Shown piece by piece: positions 57,116-64,000 of a stretch of DNA of 64,000 nt. Each line of letters starts with the position of its first letter. The stretch's first letter is position 1. The DNA is taken from the NCBI GenBank assembly GCA_964441745.1, contig CAYTYR010000011.1, forward strand, positions 1-64,000. The letters are read 5' to 3'. Below the pieces are notes generated by a model. That model was not told the DNA's origin and made no database searches. It saw nothing but the letters and a program-made list of their open reading frames with translations. The position numbers and the translations under genes were made by a program. Source of the DNA: an uncultured Clostridia bacterium. GTDB taxonomy: Bacteria > CAYTYR01 > UBA6262.

Positions 57116-58183
57116 TTATTTATATTTTTTGATGTCTTTGAGGACCTTTTTTACATGCTTCCCGAAAGTTTTGTCCTTTTTCCTTTTTTCTACATAGGAC
57201 ATCTCATTATAGCGCGCTTCTTTTTGGAGTTTCTGGTAGCTAGTCAATCGCCCGGCCAATATTTGGCCTTTATGCAAAGCTTCAATAATCGCACAGCCAG
57301 GTTCATTAGTATGGGTACAATCCTTAAACCGGCATTTTAAGGCCAGAGAAGTTATTTCGCTAAAAGTCTCTGTTAATCCCGTAACGACAGAAATGTTCCC
57401 AAACTCCCTCATGCCGGGAGTGTCTATGAGCAATCCTCCTGAATCCAGGATTATGAGATGCCTTCTATTGGTGGTATGCCTCCCATGGGAATCACTGACT
57501 CTTACTGCCGCGGTTTTATAAATATCTGCCCCTATTAGTTTGTTCAGCAGGGTGGTTTTCCCGACTCCCGAAGAACCAATAAGGGTATAGGTCCTGCCAG
57601 GTTCAATGCTGCGCTGGATATCTTCCAGCCCCAGGCCGGTTTTATTGCTAAAAGCCATGACCTTAATATCTATATCTAGATCGCGAACAGTGGCGATCTT
57701 TTCTTGTATCTCCTGTTCCGTCATCAGATCTGTTTTACTTAAAAGAACAACGGAATTGATATTGTCTTCCTTGACCGCAGCCAAGTAGCGCTCCAGCCTT
57801 CTGAGGTTAAAATTAGCATCCAGCGATTGCATAATAAAAGCAGTGTCAATATTAGCTGATAATAGCTGGTATTCTATTTTTTTACCCGCAGTCTTTCTGC
57901 TCAGTAGTGATTTTCTGGGTAATATTTCATGGATGATCGCCAGGGTATCATTATTATGGTACTTTACATAGACCCAATCTCCTACGGTAGGCAGGTCCAT
58001 GCTTGAACTCGCCTGGAACCTGAGCTTACCTTCTATTTCCGCGAAGGTCTCATTTTTCTCCCCGATGACGATATAACCATCCCGGTCAACTGCCGCCACC
58101 CTGGCCAACTGATACGCTTTTCGCGCGGAATCCCCGGCTTTTTCGGCAAACCAATCGTCAAATCCTAATTGTTTTAGTTCCAT
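57116..58183 (-). CDS. rsgA: Ribosome small subunit-dependent GTPase A, copy 2
   Basis: Same motifs as copy 1. Confidence 0.93.
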   Translation of the reverse strand: MELKQLGFDDWFAEKAGDSARKAYQLARVAAVDRDGYIVIGEKNETFAEIEGKLRFQASSSMDLPTVGDWVYVKYHNNDTLAIIHEILPRKSLLSRKTAGKKIEYQLLSANIDTAFIMQSLDANFNLRRLERYLAAVKEDNINSVVLLSKTDLMTEQEIQEKIATVRDLDIDIKVMAFSNKTGLGLEDIQRSIEPGRTYTLIGSSGVGKTTLLNKLIGADIYKTAAVRVSDSHGRHTTNRRHLIILDSGGLLIDTPGMREFGNISVVTGLTETFSEITSLALKCRFKDCTHTNEPGCAIIEALHKGQILAGRLTSYQKLQKEARYNEMSYVEKRKKDKTFGKHVKKVLKDIKKYK

Positions 58184-58316
58184 TTAATTTCCTTTCCCAG
58201 CTTAAAAGTGCCCCGGATTACCAGATTGTTTTATTTATATCCCCTGCCGCCGCTGCCTGTCAACCCATATTACCATTTCCCCTTTTGCTTTACAATTAGG
58301 TAATTTGCTATTATAA

Positions 58317-58997
58317 ATGGATGTTTTCCTGGGCCGTAATTTTATTATCACCGTGCATGGATATCCGGTCAAGATTATCAATGAACTCCTGACCAGCGAA
58401 AACGGCAAAAACCAGAATACTATTCTCCCTAAGGGAATTGATTATGCGGCTTATACTTTACTGGATAAATTCATTGACAGCTATTTCCCGGTCATTGATA
58501 ATTACAATACGCTTTTTGATATTCTTGATGATAAGATCTTCAAAGACTCCAATCCGCTACTAATGAGCAAGATACTGAAAGCCAAAAAAAGCCTGCTCCT
58601 GGTCAGGAAGTACCTCGGGCCGCTGCGCGCCGTAATGTCACAATTGGTCCGTACTAATACTGTTTTCGTCCGGGCCAAATCCCTGGTCTATTACCGTGAT
58701 GTTTATGACCATGTTATGCTGTTATATGATCTGGCGGAGAACTTCCGTGATATGTTCAACTCGATCATGGAAGCGCACCTGGCCAATACTTCCAATCGGC
58801 TCAATGAAATAATGAAGACTCTTACCGTGGTCGCAACTATCATGATGCCCTTAACCCTGATCACTAGTTTTTACGGGATGAACGTGAAGGCTCCGGAATT
58901 TGAATGGGGATTAGCCGGTTATATTTTTGTCTGGTTAATTCTAATTCTGACCTTGATCTTTATGCTTATTTTCTTCAAACGCCGTAAATTATTGTAA
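58317..58997 (+). CDS. corA: CorA-family Mg/Co transporter, N-terminally short
   Basis: YYRDVYDH, LNEIMKTLT, FYGMN and two C-terminal TMs; only 226 aa. Confidence 0.8.
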   Translation: MDVFLGRNFIITVHGYPVKIINELLTSENGKNQNTILPKGIDYAAYTLLDKFIDSYFPVIDNYNTLFDILDDKIFKDSNPLLMSKILKAKKSLLLVRKYLGPLRAVMSQLVRTNTVFVRAKSLVYYRDVYDHVMLLYDLAENFRDMFNSIMEAHLANTSNRLNEIMKTLTVVATIMMPLTLITSFYGMNVKAPEFEWGLAGYIFVWLILILTLIFMLIFFKRRKLL

Positions 58998-59012
58998 AGA
59001 AAACAAATTTAT

Positions 59013-59549
59013 TTATAAATTGGGAGTATAAAGCAGAATACCAGCCAGGCCGGCTCCAGCCAGGATGTAAAGAATATTCAGCTTGGTCGCTGTCGCCAGG
59101 GTAAAAGCAGCCAAGGCAATAAAAATGGACCGGAAATCACTGATCCCTTCCCTGGCGATAGAGAGCGCGGCAGTCAGGACCAGGGAGAGAACCACCGGAG
59201 ACATCGCCGAGAAAAAGATTTTAACTGATTCTTCGCCTTTGGCCAGGTATTTTTTGAAAATATAATATAATAAAGACACGATAATTATAGATGGTAATAT
59301 TACCGCGATTGTCGCTACTGTACTGCCGAGCACTCCTCCCACCCGGTAACCGACAAAGGTGGCGCAATTGATCCCTACTGGGCCAGGGGTCATCCCAGCC
59401 ACTGCCACTACCTGGTAAAATTGGGGCAAGGTCAGCCAATGATGGATGGTAATGATCTCTTTTTCGATCAAGGGGATAGTGGCATAACCACCGCCAAAAC
59501 TAAAGATCCCGATCTTGAAAAAAGAAATAAATAACTGCCAGAAGATCAT
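59013..59549 (-). CDS. chrA: Short-chain chromate transporter subunit
   Basis: FFKIG.FSFGGGYA, TPGP...N.ATFVGY. Confidence 0.9.
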   Translation of the reverse strand: MIFWQLFISFFKIGIFSFGGGYATIPLIEKEIITIHHWLTLPQFYQVVAVAGMTPGPVGINCATFVGYRVGGVLGSTVATIAVILPSIIIVSLLYYIFKKYLAKGEESVKIFFSAMSPVVLSLVLTAALSIAREGISDFRSIFIALAAFTLATATKLNILYILAGAGLAGILLYTPNL

Positions 59550-60082
59550 GCTTTTCTCCGGTAGGTAATGAATAAGGCCACGGCCAGGCCCAGAATTATG
59601 ATCAGTATTGGATTTATTTGCCAGAATACCAGTAAAGCCGTGGCTACTAGCAAAGCTGCATATTGATAAAAACCTTTAAGGTTTTTCCGCGCCAGGACAA
59701 ATACCACCGCCGCGATCACCCCGCTGGTGGCTGGTACTGCTCCTTGGAAGAAAGCTTTCAGCCAGGTGGTTTCAAAATACCTCAGGAACAGCATAGCGAT
59801 CAGCAGGATAGAAATAAAAGATGGCAGGACCGCTCCCAATAGCCCGCTTAATGCCCCGCTAAAACCATTCAGTTCCCAGCCGAGAACCAAAGAGAGATTA
59901 ACCGCCATCACTCCGGGTGAAGACTGGGCAATGGTCAGAAAATGCATGAAATGTTCTTCGCTGATCCATTTTCTCCGGTCGACGACCTCCTGCCTGATCA
60001 GAGGCAGCATGACAAATCCGCCGCCGATGGTGAAAGCGCCGATTTTAAAGAAACTCAGGAATATTTGAAGATTTTTATTCAT
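59546..60082 (-). CDS. chrA: Short-chain chromate transporter subunit
   Basis: FFKIGAFTIGGG.VM, AQSSPG.MAVN. Confidence 0.9.
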   Translation of the reverse strand: MNKNLQIFLSFFKIGAFTIGGGFVMLPLIRQEVVDRRKWISEEHFMHFLTIAQSSPGVMAVNLSLVLGWELNGFSGALSGLLGAVLPSFISILLIAMLFLRYFETTWLKAFFQGAVPATSGVIAAVVFVLARKNLKGFYQYAALLVATALLVFWQINPILIIILGLAVALFITYRRKA

Positions 60083-60120
60083 GCTTTATAAATACACTTT
60101 AATTTAATTTTTGTAAAGTA

Positions 60121-60148
60121 AAAACCCCCGGAGTTTCCTCCGGGGGTT
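60121..60148 (-). terminator. Intrinsic terminator
   Basis: aacccccggag-ttt-cctccgggggtt with U-tract. Confidence 0.7.
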
Positions 60149-60176
60149 GGTTAATTATCTTTACTTGTTCTATTCC

Positions 60177-60617
60177 CTATTTCTTTTCCATCATCGGCAT
60201 TTCTTCCTTCAGCGACTGACACTCTCCATTCTTGTGCCTTTCTCTCATCCTCATCCGGCCCATCCCTCTGCCTTCGCCCATTTTCTTCTGCATTTCTGCT
60301 TTCATTTCATCAAATTTCTTGGCCTGATCCGGGGTTAATACCGCCTTAACCTTTTTTTCGCGGGCATCACGAACGGCTTTCATCTCCTCCTGCGTTTTAT
60401 CCATGATCGCACTCACCTTATTTTTCTGCTCCGCAGTCAGATTAAGCTCCTTGGCCATCCGGTCGAGCCGCTTGGCTTGCCAATCTCCCTGTTTCTGCTC
60501 CATTTTCCCATCCGGCGCGCATGGGCGCTGGCATTGGCGCTGCATCTCCCTGGCCAAAGCCAATCCAGCTCCAAGCATAAAAACACTTACTAATACTACC
60601 CCTAACAATTTCTTCAT
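60177..60617 (-). CDS. Spy/CpxP-like periplasmic protein
   Basis: Signal peptide; LNLTAEQK and VLTPDQ (LTxxQ) motifs. Confidence 0.8.
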   Translation of the reverse strand: MKKLLGVVLVSVFMLGAGLALAREMQRQCQRPCAPDGKMEQKQGDWQAKRLDRMAKELNLTAEQKNKVSAIMDKTQEEMKAVRDAREKKVKAVLTPDQAKKFDEMKAEMQKKMGEGRGMGRMRMRERHKNGECQSLKEEMPMMEKK

Positions 60618-60690
60618 AGCTTTTTCCCCTTCTTTTTAGTTTGCCTTTCTCATAACTTAGACTACGGCCAACCGAAAAAAGTTTCAAGAT

Positions 60691-60726
60691 AAAAAAAAGC
60701 CATCCCGGATCATCAGGGATGGCTTT
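60691..60726 (-). terminator. Intrinsic terminator after the RND gene
   Basis: aaagccatcc...ggatggcttt with U8 tail. Confidence 0.75.
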
Positions 60727-60747
60727 AATTATATCAGTTCATATATC

Positions 60748-63700
60748 TTACTTATTAAGCGGTAGTTTGGCCTTACTAAACTTACCGGTAAACCAAACTT
60801 TAAGCCTCTCTATATACAATAAACAAATCGGCACAAAGACAAAAGTGAACAAGATCGAGGCGAGGATGCCTCCAACCATTACCGCGCCCATGGACCTTTC
60901 CATTGACTCACTTGACCATAACTGCGGCAACACTCCCAGGATAATAGCCAGCGAGGTCATTAATATGGCCCTGAACTTGTCAGACGCGCCCAGCCAGAGC
61001 GCTTCCTTAACCTCAATTCCTTCTTTCATCTTTTGTAAGGCATGATCCAGCATCAGGATGGCGTTATTGACCACGATACCCACGACCATAACCATCGTCA
61101 ACATCGAGGCCATATTTATGGACATCTCCATAAAGAATAACGCATACATAACACCAATATATGAAGTGGCCACAGTGGTCATGATCACCAGGGGATAGAT
61201 CATTGAATCCAGGACCGCGCATAAGAGCATGAAGGTCAGGATCACTGCCAGGATGAAAGCCGTGCTTATCTCCTGGACAGATTCTTTTTGCATCTCAGCC
61301 ATGCCGACATAATCATAGCCATACCCTTCCGTGAACGGCAGTTTTTTAAACCGCGCGTCCAATACCTGTCTCACGTAGCCAAGGGACGACTTGGACAAAT
61401 ATCCTTCCAGGCGTATGACCCGTCTCTTGTCCGCGTGCTTGATCGACGGCAGGGATTTGTCATTCTTAAGCGTCCCCAGGGCAGTGATCGGGATCAAACC
61501 CCTGGTAGATACTAAGGAGATCTCCCGCAGGTCATTGAAATCCACGGTATAGCCTTTATCTAATCCGACATGGATATCGTATTCTTCACCCACTTCTTTA
61601 TACTTATTTTCATCATTACCGTAGATAGAAGAGCGGATCGCCGGACCGATCTTATCGGCAGTCAAACCATATTGGACGAGCTTCTTCTGGTCAGGTATGA
61701 ATTGCAGTTCCGCTTTGGGCGTTTTATAAGAACAACTCACTGAACGGAAATATCCGGTTTTTTCCATCTCTGTTTTCATGAGCTGGGAAAGTCCGATCAT
61801 CTTATCGTAATCAACGCCATAGAGATCAATAGAAACATCGCCAGCCGATCCGGCCATATGCTGGCCGCGGCTGACGTCGATCTCGGCATCAGGGATCTGC
61901 GCCATGAATGGAATAAGCTCATTAATGATATCCAGATCGCTGCGCTTACGTTCGGCGGCAGGCTTAAGATCAAGCGTTATACTGGCATTTTCCACTCCGT
62001 TCTTGCCGATATTCGTCAGTATTGATTCTTTTTCCGGAATACTGTTCAGCCTTTTTTCAATAGTGAGCACTGTCTCCAATGTGCGTTCAATTGTTGATCC
62101 TTGCGGCATGGCAATACTGATCATGACCTTGTCCGCGTCTGATGAAGCCATAAAATCAGAGTCTATATAGGGCAGGATGAATAACAGCGACGCTAAAAGA
62201 ATGACCACGAACAATATAGTGGCTTTCGGGAATTTAAACTGCAGGTCGAATAAATACTTAGTTTCCTGTCTCAGGAAATCAACCATTTTAGTGGTCCAAT
62301 TCACCACCAGCCGGAGAGGATTATTGTTTTTCTTTTGTTCCGGCTTTATATCTTCTTTTTTCAATAACAATCCGCAAAGCATGGGCGTTAAGCTATACGA
62401 TGCCAGCAAGGAAAACGTAGTGGCATAGATAATGGTTAGTCCAAACTGGTGCATGAATAAACCTATTATTCCGCCCATCATAGCCAAGGGCGCGAATACC
62501 ACCAGGTTAGTGCCGGTGGAGGCAAAGACTGCCACCGCCACTTCCTTGGTGCCGGCAATCGCCGCCTGTCGCGGATCTTCATGATGCTCCAGATGCACCA
62601 GGACGCTTTCCACGATCACAATGGCATTCGCGATCAAAGTACCCAGGGAGGTGGCGATCGCCATCAGGGTGATCATATTAATGGAGAATCCCGATCCGCT
62701 GATCGCGGCCAGGGTAGAAACCAGTGAAGTGGGAATAACTATGCCGGCAATGAAAGTCAGCTTGGCTTCCCCGGTAAAAAAGTATAAAATGAGCACTGTT
62801 AAGAGGATACCGATAAAAATGCTCCAGTATGTATTATTGGTCCTGTTGATAATGACCGGCGTAGTGTCTGAGGCAATATCCAGATCCATTCCTTTGGGCA
62901 GGCCGGCGCGGAATTCATCCAGCCGTTCGTTCATAGCCCGGGAAATATTGACCGCGTTACCGTCACTGACCATATTTACTGACAGCCCCACCACATTCTT
63001 CCCGTTAAAGCGGGCCATAGTCTCCACTTTCTTGTAACTATCCTCAACCTTGCCGATATCCTTCAAGGGGAAGGATGTCCCATCCTTGGAAGTGATCACC
63101 ATATCCGCTATCTTGGACACATCTTGGAATTCCCCGATAAAACGGACATTCAGGGAAGAACGGTCCTTTTCCAGCAGGCCGCCGGGGATATTCTGGTTCT
63201 GGGCTTTGATCGCGTTGATCACTTCAGAAATAGTGATATAATGCTGTTTCATCAGCACCGGGTCCAGTTTTACTTCTATCTGGCGCTCTTTTCCGCCATA
63301 AACATCCACCTTGGCCACACCGGACACGGAAGATACTTTATTTTTCAGGGTTTTATCCGCGTACTCATAGAGCTTCAGGCCGTCCATATTGTCGCTGTAG
63401 AGTACCAGGTCCATGACCGGGGTCATCAGCGGGTCAAACTTTTCAATGACCGGTTTTTCGCATCCGTCCGGCAAGTCATTCTGGATCGCCTCAACCTTAT
63501 CCTTGACTTCAATCGATTTAACATTAACACTTGTTCCCAGTTGGAACTCAATAAAGATCATCCCGTAATTATCATATGACTGGCTGCTGATATTCTTGAT
63601 CTCTGATAACTGTGAAACCACGTCTTCGATCTTTTTGACCACCAGCGTCTCCACTTCCACCGGCGTGGCGCCGGGGTAAGTGACGGCTATGGTGACGATC

Positions 63701-63822
63701 GGGAAATCGATCTTTGGTGAGCTTTCAATCGGTATCTTAGCTAAAGCAAATACACCCAAGACCACGAAAACCAATACGAACATTATGGTAGTAACAGGAC
63801 GTTTTACAAAAAATTCAATCAT
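60748..63822 (-). CDS. AcrB/AcrD/AcrF family RND permease
   Basis: FFVKRPV, YPGATP.EVE, GIVVNNAIL, FRAILMTS; 1024 aa. Confidence 0.93.
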   Translation of the reverse strand: MIEFFVKRPVTTIMFVLVFVVLGVFALAKIPIESSPKIDFPIVTIAVTYPGATPVEVETLVVKKIEDVVSQLSEIKNISSQSYDNYGMIFIEFQLGTSVNVKSIEVKDKVEAIQNDLPDGCEKPVIEKFDPLMTPVMDLVLYSDNMDGLKLYEYADKTLKNKVSSVSGVAKVDVYGGKERQIEVKLDPVLMKQHYITISEVINAIKAQNQNIPGGLLEKDRSSLNVRFIGEFQDVSKIADMVITSKDGTSFPLKDIGKVEDSYKKVETMARFNGKNVVGLSVNMVSDGNAVNISRAMNERLDEFRAGLPKGMDLDIASDTTPVIINRTNNTYWSIFIGILLTVLILYFFTGEAKLTFIAGIVIPTSLVSTLAAISGSGFSINMITLMAIATSLGTLIANAIVIVESVLVHLEHHEDPRQAAIAGTKEVAVAVFASTGTNLVVFAPLAMMGGIIGLFMHQFGLTIIYATTFSLLASYSLTPMLCGLLLKKEDIKPEQKKNNNPLRLVVNWTTKMVDFLRQETKYLFDLQFKFPKATILFVVILLASLLFILPYIDSDFMASSDADKVMISIAMPQGSTIERTLETVLTIEKRLNSIPEKESILTNIGKNGVENASITLDLKPAAERKRSDLDIINELIPFMAQIPDAEIDVSRGQHMAGSAGDVSIDLYGVDYDKMIGLSQLMKTEMEKTGYFRSVSCSYKTPKAELQFIPDQKKLVQYGLTADKIGPAIRSSIYGNDENKYKEVGEEYDIHVGLDKGYTVDFNDLREISLVSTRGLIPITALGTLKNDKSLPSIKHADKRRVIRLEGYLSKSSLGYVRQVLDARFKKLPFTEGYGYDYVGMAEMQKESVQEISTAFILAVILTFMLLCAVLDSMIYPLVIMTTVATSYIGVMYALFFMEMSINMASMLTMVMVVGIVVNNAILMLDHALQKMKEGIEVKEALWLGASDKFRAILMTSLAIILGVLPQLWSSESMERSMGAVMVGGILASILFTFVFVPICLLYIERLKVWFTGKFSKAKLPLNK

Positions 63823-64000
63823 TATTTGTCTCCCCCATCCATGATCCTCACCCGGTCCCCTGGCTTGATTAAAGCTTGGCCCTGGGATATCACTATATCC
63901 CCCGGCTTAAGCCCAGAGCTGACGATAGATCCATAGCCATTCCTGGCCTTGACAGATATCTGTGTTTTTACCGCCATACCATCTTTAATTTCCCAGACGT
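63822..64000 (-). CDS. RND periplasmic adaptor (MFP), 3' end only
   Basis: VWEIKDGMAVK...SSGLKPGDIVISQGQ..IKPGDRVRI*; TAATG overlap with the RND start. Confidence 0.8.
   Translation of the reverse strand, partial: VWEIKDGMAVKTQISVKARNGYGSIVSSGLKPGDIVISQGQALIKPGDRVRIMDGGDK

Noticed and set aside
22-63579. Numerous plus-strand ORFs (e.g. 8515-9252, 10203-11096, 16334-16951, 19989-20606)
   Set aside because: Antisense shadows of well-supported minus-strand genes, with no recognisable motifs.
1-64000. tRNA, rRNA, prophage or intact integrase/transposase
   Set aside because: No cloverleaf, rRNA-like tract, phage structural gene or complete recombinase recognised by eye.

Overview
Bacterial chromosomal window, probably from a diderm (it has beta-barrel porins and an RND pump), with almost all genes on the minus strand. 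(1) 1-27.8 kb is a nitrogen-assimilation supercluster: class I glutamine amidotransferase, type III glutamine synthetase, two Amt transporters, five divergent P-II proteins, two porin-like genes, urtABCDE and ureABC without accessory genes. In its middle sits a complete V/A-type ATPase operon whose 3' end runs directly into USP, PTS EIIA and P-II genes. The glnA, amt and urea leaders share an upstream DNA motif and carry AxxG/GxxG-hexaloop hairpins that overlap terminators (ANTAR-type attenuators by inference). A 190-bp direct repeat flanks the urea module. (2) 27.8-35 kb holds a decayed TetR-ACP-FabH-AttH-MMPL lipid cluster, a sigma-70-family gene and a Gln-dependent NadE preceded by a ~120-nt hairpin-rich RNA. 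(3) 35-54 kb is an accessory/defence region (PIN, MmeI-like RM, RelE/Phd, BrnT/BrnA, three DUF6036-like nucleotidyltransferases, gene fragments) separated by modular repeats, including attC-like hairpins at stop codons. It also contains a TPP riboswitch-thi4 unit and a papain-like protease. (4) 54-64 kb holds a second rsgA sharing ~972 identical bp with the first, a short CorA, a ChrA pair, a Spy-like protein and an RND pump lacking the TM4 aspartates. All calls are by eye from sequence motifs; no searches were run. No rRNA, tRNA or CRISPR array was recognised.
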